A DNA stretch of 64,000 nt from Chrysomallon squamiferum (Eukaryota; Animalia; Mollusca): NCBI GenBank assembly GCA_012295275.1, contig CM022678.1, forward strand, positions 6,944,001-7,008,000. The letters are read 5' to 3'. The notes beneath the pieces were generated by a model that was not told the origin of the DNA, searched no databases, and saw nothing but the letters and a program-made list of their open reading frames with translations. Position 1 is the stretch's first letter. The number at the start of each line of letters is the position of its first letter. The position numbers and the translations under genes were made by a program. Shown here piece by piece: positions 42,598-56,392 of the stretch.

Positions 42598-42723
42598 CCT
42601 CCCTCCCTCCCTCCCTCCCTCCCTCTCTCTGTCTGTCTCTGTATACAATAACATGTCTGTATACCCACGGCAATCCATTCAACAACATATTATATATGTA
42701 TCTGTCATTTGTCATTTGTCATA

Positions 42724-42787
<64 letters not shown>

Positions 42788-43084
42788 TTGTCTGTCTGTG
42801 CCTTTGTTTCTGTGTATAATCTGGAATCTATCCAATTGTCTATGAAAAGTTACGTACTGCGAACCATCAGATCTCTGCACCCACTGATCGAAATCCGGGA
42901 TTCACTGATCCGTAAAGAAATCCCCAGGATTAATTACCTCAGTTGAGGTGTTTTCTGTATTGCGAAATACAGGTAACTAACTAACTAACTAACTAACTGC
43001 ACCTTTTCCGTTCCTGGAATCCGTTTCACAAACGATATCCTCCTTTGACACAAACTTTGTTATTTACAATAAACAATTAGAGAC

Positions 43085-43300
43085 GTTTTCCGGAAATCGG
43101 ATTCATTAAACGTACCCGGATATCTTTAATGAGTAAATAATATCTGGAATACGGATTCAGTAAACAAATTATCCGGAATTCAGAATCAGTTAAATTATCC
43201 AGAATACGGAATCCGCAACGTTATTCTGAAGTGGTATGAAATCAGTCGAGTTATCCGGAATACTGAAACGGTAAAGTTATTTGGAATACGGAATCTATCA
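43085..43300. repeat. Degenerate ~27-30-bp tandem repeat with core TTATCCGGAATACGGAATC
   Basis: The core recurs at ~43140, 43169, 43195, 43251 and 43277 with mismatches. Confidence 0.6.
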
Positions 43301-43414
43301 AGTTGTGCGTCTCATATTGGTGCGGTTTCCAACAGGCCTAGAACATTTTCTTATCTACGTGTCGGAACAGGCAAAGAAGTAAATTTATGTCTATATTTTT
43401 ATTTCTTTACTTAT

Positions 43415-43916
43415 TTTGTTTATTTGTCAATATATTTTGTTATTAGTGTATTAGTAGTAGTAGTAGTAGTACATTTATCAGTCATTTTTTATTTGTCAAT
43501 ATATTTAGTAGTAGTAGTAGTAGTACATTTATCAATCATTATTTATTTGTCAATATATTTATTATTAGTAGTATTAGTAGTATTAGTAGTAGCAGTAGTA
43601 GTATTAGTACATTTATCAGTCATTGTTTATTTGTCAATATATTTATTATTAGTAGTAGTAGTAGTACATTTATCAGTCATTATTTATTTGTCAATATATT
43701 TATTATTAGCAGTAGTAGTAGTACATTTATCAATCATTATTTATTTGTCAATATATTTATTTGTAGTAGTAGTAGTAGTAGTAGTAGTAGCAGTAGTAGT
43801 ATATTTATCAGCACTGTTTATTTGTCAATATATTTATTAGTAGTATATTAGTAGTATTAGTAGTAGTAGCAGTAGTAGTATATTTATCAGCACTGTTTAT
43901 TTGTCAATATATTTAT

Positions 43917-43948
<32 letters not shown>

Positions 43949-44215
43949 GCAGTAGTAGTATATTTATCAGCACTGTTTATTTGTCAATATATTTATTAGT
44001 AGTAGTATTAGTAGTAATAGTAGTAGTAGTAGTAAATTTATCAGTCACTGTTTATTTGTCAGTATATTTATTATTAGTAGTCCATTTATCAGTCATTGTT
44101 TATTTGTCAATATATTTATTATTATTATTATTAGTAGTAGTAGTAGTAGTAGTAGCAGCAGCAGTAGTGCATTTATCAGACACTGTTTATTTGTCAATAT
44201 ATTTATTATTATTAT

Positions 44216-44247
<32 letters not shown>

Positions 44248-44260
44248 TGTTTATCAGTCA
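43415..44260. repeat. Composite minisatellite: conserved ~35-bp core separated by variable (TAT)n(AGT)n tracts
   Basis: About 12 copies of CATTTATCAGTCATTGTTTATTTGTCAATATATTT at irregular spacing. Confidence 0.85.
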
Positions 44261-44982
44261 TATGTTTGTATGTTCGTATAGTTTGCTTTTGCATCTCTCT
44301 GTTTACATATACATATACATTTATTTTTATTTATTTATTAACATGCGCATACACGTACACAAACTCAACCGTGATGAATCACGTACAAACATACACTCAA
44401 AGTAAGCACGTACATATTATATACACCACAAATGATAAACGCATGCGCACCCGCTACCGCAACACACGATGGAGACAAACAAACGCACGCGACACACAAA
44501 ACACTGTAAAGAATGCACGTGCATGCACACACGCACACATATCAACACCTGAAACCTGTGAGAAAGTGCTCTGCGACCTACTGTGACACTCTGACCCACT
44601 CTTCCTTTCCCACGAACTACTTTCACTGCTTGACCTGTCACCTCTCTCTCTCTCTCTCTCTGTCTGACCATGACAGAAACGAAGTGCGGCCTCTAGGACT
44701 CTCGTTTTAATTATAGAACTCCCGGGTTCCGGTAGCTCCTCATTAGTGTGAAGGGTCCTTCGGGCTGGGGATTGCTTCTCCAGTTCAGCGTTCAGTTGTT
44801 CTCTTGCTTTCCGTAACGGTTTTCAGTATTTGTTTTTGAGCAAAATTCGAATGTCACTTGTGGTATAAATCACTGCCAATTTTTTTTTATTATTATTTTT
44901 TTTTTTTTACAAATTGTCACATTGTGAGAGAAAGAGATACAGAGAGAGGAGTGGATGAAAGGAGTAGAGATAGAGGAGGGAG

Positions 44983-45132
<150 letters not shown>

Positions 45133-45198
45133 CAGAGACAGAGACAGAGACAGAGACAGAGACAGAGAGAGAGAGAGAGAGAGTCAGTTAATCATCCC

Positions 45199-45532
45199 GT
45201 TTAAATAATAATTAATTTGTCTACTGCTACTACAGAAAACACAAGTTTAAATAATAATTAATTTGTCTAGTGCTACTACAGAAAACACACGTTTAAATAA
45301 TAATTAATTTGTCTAGTGCTACTACAGAAAACACAAGTTTAAATAATAATTAATTTGTCTAGTGCTACTACAGAAAACACAAGTTTAAATAATAATTAAT
45401 ATGTCTAGTGCTACAACAGAAAACACAAGTTTAAATAATAATTAATTTGACTAGTGCTACAACAGAAAACACAAGTTTAAATAATAATTAATTTGTCTAG
45501 TGCTACAACAGAAAACACAAGTTTTAAATAAT
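45199..45532. repeat. 46-bp tandem repeat, 7 full copies plus a partial copy
   Basis: GTTTAAATAATAATTAATTTGTCTAGTGCTACTACAGAAAACACAA starts at 45199, 45245, 45291, 45337, 45383, 45429, 45475 and 45521. Confidence 0.95.
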
Positions 45533-45822
45533 GTTGTGTTTGTTATGTTCTCAGGGCTGCACTGGATGCAGTGCTTGGAAGAGTAAACTTCGTGTCCTGT
45601 TTTTCTCAGGATTTTTTGAATTCTGTGAATCGCTGTTTGTTTAAGCACACACACACACGTCTTTGTGAATCTTTGGACGTGTCTGACTTTTTTTTCTTTT
45701 TTTTTAATGATTTATTTGACGTAATTCGTTGAAGTCACTTTGGAAAGAGTAATTAGTTAAGCATAAGTCTGACATGTATGTCATTATGACATTCAAATGC
45801 GTCAGTCTTTGAAGGCAACATG

Positions 45823-45885
<63 letters not shown>

Positions 45886-48800
45886 AGTAATTGATAACCA
45901 CACATTTTTAAAGATATTTTGGAATTAGAAAATGTTTAATCGCAATTTTGATCCGACTTTTTTCAGTGAGTATTGTTAAATTACAACTATATGACGATAT
46001 TTTTTTTTAAATATGTGACTGTTTAATCAAAGCTTTGTGTCGATATTTTGGTTTATGTTATTTTTTTTTTTTATCTTTCTCTATTACGACGTTTGTGAAT
46101 AAATAACCTATTAACCACTCCCGTTACATTTTTATTTGATTTGATTTGATTTTTGGATTTTTATTTTTTTCTTAAGTAATCGTTTCAATCACTTTTCTGT
46201 TACTAATTTTAGAAATCAGAACTAATGTTATTCAGTCACAACTCCGTTACAACTTCTTATTGCATTACTACAACTACTGCCACTGCTGTTACTACTACCA
46301 CTACTACTACCACTACTGTTGCTCTTATATGTACCATTATTATCATCATCGTCATCGTTATTATCAGTCGTAATCGTTGTCATAATACTGTCGGCTATAC
46401 AATACAAAATTCACGTTTATTATTGACTGGTACTATTAGTACAACTACTACCACAACCACACACATCATCCTCTTGCTCCTCCGCCTCCTACTACTCCTA
46501 CTACTCCTCATTATCATCATTATACAATACAGTTCAAAACGATCCCAACTTTAAGTCATTAAACACACACAAACTCAAGCTAAATGTAGTTGTTTACTTG
46601 AAAATTGCAGCAGAATCTCTGTACCTTAATTAACCAGCTTATAGCTTTAACAGATATCAATTGAATAGGAAAATAAGAAACTGAAGAATAAAAAAAAGAA
46701 AAAAAGAAAATTAAAAATAAAAATAATAAAAAAATTAAAATACGGAAGACGCTGTAATCTTGGCAAGAATTTAAAAATTATAATCTATTTCGCAACCGGT
46801 AAAAAAAAAAGTCAGGACTAAGTTATTGCTGATAAGAATTTTTATTTTTTATTTTTTATTTTTTTTTTTTTTTATGGTAGTTATGTGGTGAATTGATAAT
46901 TTCTGTATGTAAACTATAAAACGGTGTACATAATTATTATTATTATTTTTTTTTTTTTTTTTTCTTCATTATAACGTTTCTCTTTCTTTCTCCACTTTGG
47001 TACAGTGTCCCTTTTGAGAACGGCCATAACGTCACGGTTTATATGGTGCTGAGATATCATACTGAATATAATGTAGTGTATTTACAGTTTTTCAATATAT
47101 ATATATTTATTTCACTTCTTTTGAAAGAATAGTTATTCAAAAGGATCAACACATTTCCGATAATTTATGAGCAGTTTCGAAATTTTTATCGTAAAGGAAA
47201 TGGATGCCATAAAGTTTGAATTATTATTTCTTTTTTTGTAAGTAACAATATGGTAGTAGTTGTAGTAACGGTGATAATATTAATATTAGTAGTAGTTATA
47301 GTAATAATGGTAGTGGTAATAGTAATAATACTAGCAGTCATAGTAATTGAGGTAATATTAGTATATGACAATAATGATAATATTAGCAAGAGTGATAGTA
47401 ATAATGGTGATAGTAATATTAGTAGTCATGTGTACGGTAATTTTAATAACAGGAATAGTTACAAAAGTAGTGATGATGTAAATATTAGTGGTAGTTTTGG
47501 TAATAGTCGTAATATTAGCAGTAGTGGTAGTTATAGTGATAGTGATAATGTTAATAGTAGTAATAGTTACAGTAACTGTTGTAGCATTGATAGTGGTTGT
47601 GATAGTCGTGGTTACTTACATATCTGTCTGTCTGTCTGTCTGTCTGTCTATCAGCATACATTCTATACCCAGAATACATCTGTCAACCTACTTAAGTACC
47701 TACATTCTACATGCGCTCTCGTTTTCATTGAAAAAAAAAAAAAAAAAAAAAAATTAATTAATCACAAAAAAAAAAAAATAAATAAATAAAAAAAATAATA
47801 ATAATAAAAACAAAATATAAATAAATAAATAAATTAATTAATTAATTAAAATTAAATCAAATCAAATCAAATAAAATGTAAATAAGTAAAAAAAAAAAAA
47901 AAAAAAAAAAATCTTGAACAAATGTAAAAACACGCTTGTACCTTATTTAGAAGAAAAACTGTAAACACGTCCACAAATAGTCCACTTTAGATTTGATCTC
48001 GTTTCCAGAACAGCGAGACACGATATGCCATATCAGCTACGCTCTTGTTCTATCTTTCAAAATAACAAAAATAAAAAATAACTCTTTTGTTTATTTTTAT
48101 TTTTTTTTTTTTTTTTTTTTTTATTCAGCTAATCTGCCTTCAGTGGTTTATTTCGGTCTCTTTTGCGTAGTCGTGAGAACAACAGCAATAGAATAATTCC
48201 CACTTAATCAAAGTTTCCTGTTGTGTGCTTGTCCTTGTCCTTGTTTTATCCGGTGTTTAAATCTTGTTAGCTTTTTTTTTTTTTTTTTTTTTTCGAATTG
48301 GATAATAATCAGCTGTAATCTCCTGTTGTTGTTTTCTTAATCTGTATCGTGTTTCGGTTGACGGGCTATTAATTATAATTAGCTTTATATGAAATATGAA
48401 TGATATTAAATGATATTGTCGGTGTTTGTGTCTCTGGTGTTGTTTGTTTGTTTGTTTGTTTGTTGTTGTTGTTATTTCCGTTGTAATAATAATAACAAAA
48501 ACAACAACAACAATAATAATAGTAATAATAATAATAAATTGTGATGAATAATAAAATGATGATGATAATAATAATAATAATTGTAATAATAGTAGAACTA
48601 ATACTTAGTGGTATTACTTATTATTGTTATTTCATTAGTAGTAGTAGTATAGCAGCAACAGCAACAATGGTAGCAGTATTAATATCAGCAGTATCACAGC
48701 ACTAACTTTTACACTTGTAATAATGAAGTTGTAGTAGTAGTAGTAGCAGCAGTGTAGTAGTGATAATCGCTGTGATAGTAAATAATTGCTGTAACTATTA

Positions 48801-48920
48801 CTACAAATTATACCATTAGTATTGCTACCATTAGTGATATTAGCAGCTATAAAACAATAAATGTATAAAATATTGTCGTTACTGCCAGCAGTATTAATTT
48901 ATTCTTTTATTTATTTATTT

Positions 48921-48962
<42 letters not shown>

Positions 48963-49713
48963 TTTATTATTTATCTGTGTATTTGTTTATTTATCGTCGT
49001 CGTCGTCGTCGTTGTCATTTATTTGTTATTGTGTTCGTCGACTACTTAGTCCCTTTAGAGTGGGGTCTAACCCATGGACATAGGTCACAAATAGTGATTA
49101 CTGGGTTGGTGTTGTTGTTGTTGTTATTGTTGTAATAGTTGTAGTAGTAGTTGTTGTTGGGGTGGTGTTGATGTTGTTGCTGCTGCTGCTGCTTTATTAT
49201 TTTTATTATTTTTATTATTATTATTATTATTGTTGTTGTTGTTGTTATTGGTTTTCTTGTTGTTATTGTCGTTGCTGCTGTTGCCGCTATTTTATTATTG
49301 TTGGGGTTAATACGGTTGTTGTTGTTATGATTACTATTATTATTATTAGTAGTAGTAGTAGTAGTAGTGTTAGTAGTAGTAGTAGTAGTAGTAGTAGTAG
49401 CAGCAGCAGTAGTTTCATTATTTTATTACGTTCGGCAAATCATAATCATTTTTTTTTATTCCTTTCTTTTCAGATGTTCTTTACCGGTGACTGCAACAAA
49501 ATGGACGGAATGACTTGAAGAGAGCGTTCTTAACGACAACAAACAACCAACATGTACAGACAGTAGTAATCTGCAACTCCGGACACGTGCTCCCGTCAAC
49601 CGACAACAACAACATCATGAACACGACAACCGACAACAACAACATCATGAACACGACAACCGACTTCACCACGAGCAGTTTTCGCGATTATTCCGACGCT
49701 CGAACCTGGCGGA

Positions 49714-50862
49714 ATGAACCAAAGCCAGCGCGAGATCCTGATGATGCTGAACGAGGAGAAAGCGAGGGACCTGCTTCCAGCCATGGTGCTCTTCGGCTTC
49801 TTCATGGTGTTCGGAATCGTGGGGAACCTGCTCGTCTGCTTCGTGTTCTACTACAGGCTGCAGCACAGCACCCAGACGTACTTCTTCATCTGGCTCGCCG
49901 TCCTCGACCTCGTCAGCTGCTGCGTGTCCATGCCGATCGAGATCATGGACATGCGCAACTACTACACCTTCGACAACGCCGTTGCCTGCAAGGTCCTCCG
50001 CTTCTTCGTGTCGTTCCCGTCGATGGGATCCAACGTCATCCTCCTCGTCATCGCCGTGGACCGGTACCGCAAGGTGTGCCGGCCGCTGAGTCCGCAGATG
50101 GGGAAGTCCATCGCCAAAGGCTGTGTCGTCCTGGCCGTCATGTCGGGCGTCGTGTTCTCCATCCCGCTGCTGTTTATTTATGGACGCCGGACCACGCGGA
50201 CGCGCATTCCGGACATCTACGGAAGCGACTGTTCCGTCAGCGACTCGGTCCGGGACAGGCTTTTTCCGCTAGTGTACGAGTTGCTGCTGGTTGTGGCCTT
50301 CTTGGCGTTCACCGTCGCTCTGACTGTCATATATTTCATGATCTGGAAGACGATACAGCAGCACCACAAGTACATGGACACGCACACAACATTCGCGCTT
50401 AAACTTTTACCCAAACACAGCCAGAACGGAAATACGACGTCACAGTCTAACCAGCGACGACTGTCTACGGAATCTGTCGACAGGCAGGGCGTGGAGACGG
50501 AAACCGTCGAAGCTGGTCGTACGGAAACCGCCGAAGCTGGTCGTACGGAAACCGCCGAAGCCGTTCGTACGGAAAGTGCCGGGAAAACCGGTACGAAAAC
50601 AACGGTGGTAGCTTTCCTTGTGACACTTGTGTTTGTGCTCAGTTACGTTCCTCATCTCTCGCTGATTATTCTCAGAACGGTGAAGAAAGGCTTTGACCTG
50701 AAGCTGGAAGGCTCCGGTCTGTGTGTTTACAACATTTTTCTCAGGTCCTACTTTGTTAACAGTGTGTCGAATCCCGTCATATACGGATTTCTAAACCCAG
50801 AATTCAGAAACCAGTGCGAACAGCTGCTTCTAAAACCGTGTGTTTGTGCTACGAAGAAGTGA
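49714..50862 (+). CDS. Class A GPCR, paralogue of the minus-strand receptor, single coding exon (true start may be 49617/49647 via a 1-nt indel)
   Basis: TM1 GIVGNLLV, TM2 LAVLD, TM3 IAVDRYRKVCRP, ECL2 C, TM6 SYVPH, TM7 NPVIYGF. It shares the LNExKxxxLLP pre-TM1 motif with GPCR1. Acceptor CTTTCTTTTCAG ends at 49473. Confidence 0.92.
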   Translation: MNQSQREILMMLNEEKARDLLPAMVLFGFFMVFGIVGNLLVCFVFYYRLQHSTQTYFFIWLAVLDLVSCCVSMPIEIMDMRNYYTFDNAVACKVLRFFVSFPSMGSNVILLVIAVDRYRKVCRPLSPQMGKSIAKGCVVLAVMSGVVFSIPLLFIYGRRTTRTRIPDIYGSDCSVSDSVRDRLFPLVYELLLVVAFLAFTVALTVIYFMIWKTIQQHHKYMDTHTTFALKLLPKHSQNGNTTSQSNQRRLSTESVDRQGVETETVEAGRTETAEAGRTETAEAVRTESAGKTGTKTTVVAFLVTLVFVLSYVPHLSLIILRTVKKGFDLKLEGSGLCVYNIFLRSYFVNSVSNPVIYGFLNPEFRNQCEQLLLKPCVCATKK

Positions 50863-51269
50863 AAAAAAAAAAAAAAAAATTATTAAAAATTAAATAATTT
50901 AAATTTTGTGAACAAAAATATGTCAGTGATTTTTTCTCGTGAAATTACGAATTGTTTCCAAGGATCTGTATTAATTCGTTTACAAGAATGTATATAGTTC
51001 TTTCCAAGGAACTGCGTTACAACTAGAAATAACTTGAATTGTAAGATATACCATTCTGATTCAACTGGTGGGGTTTATGCTTCTGAATTATATAAACCCT
51101 GTTTCTCAATTCAGTGTTTGTAACGATTTTGACGATGGCTATAATCTGAAAACGATAAAGAGTGATTAAAATGAAACAAAACGCACAATGGAAAGAATAT
51201 TTTCCTACGCTCCATAAATGTCAACAGTAATTTGAAATATTAAAAAGTTATCGTGCTACTCCGCAGAGC

Positions 51270-51310
<41 letters not shown>

Positions 51311-51811
51311 AAAATTTTAAATATTATGACAAGCGGAAATGGCAAAAAAAAATAATAATAATAATAAAAAATAGAATTAATTCAAGATAATATTTAAAAC
51401 TTTCATACAATGTTTTGTTTGTTTTTCAAAGACGTAACTACTTAATTAATGTCTGTGTCTGTTTTTTTTTTAATACGTTTTTCATGCTCGTTTGGGAAGT
51501 TTCGTGTAATACAGACAGGTGATTTATCGTGTATTAACTTCTCATTTTTCTAACATTTGTCTTTCATTTCAGCTTGAGTATTAAAACAATTAATATTTTT
51601 TACTTCTATTCTTTCTTTTCATTTTTTTTTTTGTTTATTTGGTTGGTTGGTTGTTTTGTGTTTATGGGTTTTTAAAAAAAAAATTATTATTTGTTTTTTT
51701 TACCTGTTGGTTCGTTTTGTGTTTAGTTGCGATGTATGAATCATTTATATCTTTACACTGGAATAGTTAAATTTATAAGTCATTTGGCAATAAGAAAACA
51801 GACGACATATA

Positions 51812-51920
<109 letters not shown>

Positions 51921-52389
51921 CCTCTCTCTCACACACACACACACACATAACGCTCGTTTTTTGTCTGTTTTCACTGTCATTCCCTCTCTTTGTCTATCTT
52001 CGATTCTGTATATCCACCTTTTTGTTTTTCCTTTAAATATATATATATATATATACACAAATCTCTAACATGAGATTCATCTGATCATTCTAACCATTAT
52101 TTTTATCTCAATGAGACACTCAGGAAAATAAAATCATCGCAGACAACAATAACATCACCAAATATTTAATTCAGAGCAGAGAAATAGTAACAGAAGAAAA
52201 TAATAAGAAGATAAGCGAATGATTAAAACAAAAATAATAATGGCAGGAAAGAACTGTTTAAAGCAAGCCTCTGTGTGCAGAATCAACATCTATTGATGTC
52301 TTGAATTAAATGGATCGAAGAATAAATTATTTCTCAAACTAAGCAGTATCCAGTTTACGTCAGGCGATAAATGAAATTTTCTCCTTATA

Positions 52390-52800
<411 letters not shown>

Positions 52801-53363
52801 GGTTATTATGTCTTCAGTTTCAGTTTACTGACAATCATATATTTATCTGAACACAGTTTCTGGCCACACCTGTTTTTCTGTTATCTGTTGTCCTATAAAC
52901 TGAACATTCAACAATCACATATTTATCTTGGAAAGACTTGTCTGTGGCCTAGTTTTAAGCAAAACTACAGAGATTAAAACGTTTTCGAATTCCAAAACAA
53001 ATTTAGAGTGAATTCAAATTGTGATTTTTTTTTTTTTTTTTTTTTTTACTAAATCATTGTAACAGTGTTTTCTATTTATTTCTGCATCTTATCTTTAAAA
53101 TATTGACAAGAACGAACCGATGAGATATATATTTTTTTCTTCTATGAAGAGCTGACATTTAAAAAAAAGCAAGAAAAAAAGAGCTAATCTATACGCAAGG
53201 AAAGGAATCTATGAAAAAGATTCGTACAAACGAATTATAGATTAAGAAGTAGGCAAGACTAAAAAAGGTTCGATTATTATAAGAATTCAGAAGTGAAAGA
53301 ATAAAATAAATCAATAAATTTTATTTTTTAGTGAAACACATCACAAGAAAAAAAACATTCGCT

Positions 53364-54694
53364 TCATCCAACTAAATCGCTATGGCAATGCGAGTGGAAA
53401 TTCGCGAGATCGATTCCCATCAGGGTACATCTTCCACCAAGACGAGTGTTTGGATTTCTGTGGACCCATTCATGAAACCAGTCAGTTTGACACGTGCACT
53501 CCAGAGGGTTGCCGTCGAGGTACAACGATTTCAGGTTGTCCAGGCTGTTAACAGCTAAAGGAATATTCATCAGCTTGTTGTTCTGTAGATGCAGAGTTTC
53601 CAGGCTAGCCGTGTCGTTGAAGGCCGAAGGAGACACGTAGTCGATGTCGTTGTTGTTGAGGTTCAAATACGTGAGAGACGTGCAGTCTTCCAAGTCGTGC
53701 TTCTCAATGCTGCTGATGTGATTCGACTGCAGTCTCAAGTAGTTCAGGCTGGGGCTGCAGATGCCGCCGTGGATGTGGTTCAAGGAGCCGTGCATGATCA
53801 GCAAAGCCGATAGGTGTTTAGGCATGGCTTCTTCGTCAACGTGTTTTATTCTGCTTCCCAGGATGGCGAGTATTCTCAAGGAAGAGCTGTCTTTGATACC
53901 GACTGGGATTTTCGTAATCGTCGTGTTGCTTATCGAGAGAGACGTCAACTGGCTTCCACTTACAGGCAGCCAGTTGATGTAGAAGCTGGAGTCTCCCAGA
54001 GTCGACCCTCCGACTATCAGCACGTTGAGACTGAGCAGAGACGAGATGGCAGTGGGAATGTCGCTGACGCCCACGTTTTCGATGTTGAGATACTTCAGCG
54101 TTTGATCGAACCTGTAGAAGGCGTTGTGAGGAATCACGTCTATGTAGTTGTTGTACAGGTTCAGCGATTCCAGATTCGACATGTGGCTCAGCCATCTCGG
54201 CCAGTACGTCAGTCCCGTGTCGGAAATATCCAGCAGGTTCAGGTCCCGCTGAGTTTGAGCATCAGGCTCGAGTCCCAGACTCGAATCAGGTTGGACCAGA
54301 CGTAAAGGTTTTCCAGAGCGTCCAAGTCTCTCAGAGCTTCGGGAACGAAGCCCAGCATGCACTGGGAGAGGCGAATCTCCTTCAAGGAGTACCTCTGGCT
54401 CCTCAATGCGTGGTTGGTAAGAGACACGTTGACGCTGCCGTCCAGGTTCAGGTACTCCAGCGTGATGTTTGCGAAAGAGCCGTCGTCGAGGACGAGATTC
54501 GGGTTACCGTTGAGGTGCAGGCGGTACGTGACGTTGCTGTCGCTTTTCGAAGAGGTGAAACGAGTCATCCGTTTGTTGCTGCAGTCGATGTCAGCGCCGG
54601 AACAGGAGCACGGGAAGGACACGATGCACGGAGCCTGGGTTACCGCTAGATGCAGAGAGAGAGAGAGAGACAGAAAGAGCAGTGTCGTTTTCAT
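53364..54694 (-). CDS. Secreted LRR-only protein A (signal peptide, LRRNT, LRRs, LRRCT), with one -1 frameshift at ~54242
   Basis: MKTTLLFLSLSLSLHLAVTQA signal peptide, CIVSFPCSC..DIDC LRRNT, LxxLxLxxN repeats, NPLECTC..W..W...C LRRCT. Adding one C to ACC|TGA gives KLSGT-LNLLDIS, colinear with paralogue KLGIS-LKKIDLS, for about 443 aa. Acceptor ends at 54704. An upstream ATG|GTAAGT at 55294-55286 would add MTTI in frame. Confidence 0.8.
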
Positions 54695-54875
54695 GATCGT
54701 TGTCTGACGAAAGAAGGAAAAAAAAACAAAAAGAGAAAAGATTATTGTATAATTATTATGTAATCAGAGTGTGTGTGTGTATATAAATATTTGTATGTGT
54801 ATGTGTGTCTGTATATGTATGTATATATGTATGTATGTGTGTATAAATATATATCTATCTATATATATATATACC

Positions 54876-54983
<108 letters not shown>

Positions 54984-55554
54984 GAGAGAGAGACAGACAG
55001 ACAGACAGAGAGACAGAGAGACATATACTGTGTTTATGTGTGTGGCTGCAGGTCTGTGAGTTCGAATAAAATGATTTTAAAAACAACTTTTATCAAGAAA
55101 GAAAAAGAAAAAGAAATTTTAATAATTTCATAATTTATCGTTGTTGCTGCTTTTTATTATTGTTGATAACAATGGAATGAAGATCGAACAGAAAATGAAA
55201 GCTAAAATCTGGAATCAAAACAATCACGGAAAGAAAGAAAGAAGAAAGCAGTGCACTGGAACAAACAGACGAACTTAAATTACAGACTTACCATTCCTAA
55301 GCGTTCTTAAAACCTGCGAAATGGAAGAAAACGTTACTTCGCAAACAAAAATAGAATTTTTTTATCTGAACACCTGCTCATTTCCCCAGGAGGTAAAAAA
55401 AAAAGAAAAAAGAAAGAAAATAAAATAAAAAGATATTAACGTGATCAAGGCGTAGAATTTGCTAGATTTTTCCATTCAGTTTCTGATTAAAGAATCGTAA
55501 TAGATAATACAGAAATACATTTTTATTTATACATATATAGATATAGATATAGAT

Positions 55555-55601
<47 letters not shown>

Positions 55602-55705
55602 TATAGATATATTTTATCATTTTCTCACGTTTTTTTTCTTTATGTTTTTTCTTCTTTTTTTTTTTTTTTTTTTTAAATATTTCTCTTCTGATATCGCTTC
55701 ACCTT

Positions 55706-55738
<33 letters not shown>

Positions 55739-56392
55739 TACTACTACAACTACTGTTACTATATTACTACTATCACTAATAGTACTACCACTACTACTAC
55801 TACTAAAGTTTTACTACAGTTACAATACTACAATAGTACTATTATTACTACACTAGTAGTAATAGCATTTCTAAAGTTGTTACTACTTCTGCTGTTAATT
55901 CTATGACGTCATGCTTACTACCGCTAGTACCACTACTCTTCTTTTACTGCTCCTCTCACTAGTCTAAAACATTTACTACCACAATTACAACAATCACTAA
56001 TACTAGTTAGAGTTACTAGTGTTAAAACAATTATTTCTAGTTACTGCTATGAAAACTATTATTACAGATTACAGACACCACTACCATTATTACTATTAAT
56101 AATAACAACAAAAACAACAACAACAACAACAACAATAATAAGAATAATAATAATAATAATAAGAATAATAATGTTGATGATGAAGATATATAAAATTAAT
56201 TCTCAGTAATTTCTTTGAATCGGTACATTAAAAAACCCCAGACTAACCAACTAACTAACTAACTAAATAACTAATAAATATAAATTCAAAAAATTCAAGG
56301 CAACACTTGTGTCACACAATATTTATTATTTTTATTATTTTAGAATTGTTCACAATCCAATTCCCCTTCGGGTCACTTTTTTAATTTAGTAT

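Noticed and set aside
47250-47789. Ser/Asn/Asp-rich ORF with a hydrophobic start
   Set aside because: It is a decayed AGT/AAT triplet repeat and runs into other simple repeats.
50860-50880. Poly(A) directly after the GPCR2 stop, suggesting a retrocopy
   Set aside because: A-tracts are everywhere in this window, no target-site duplication is visible, and the gene has an upstream splice acceptor.
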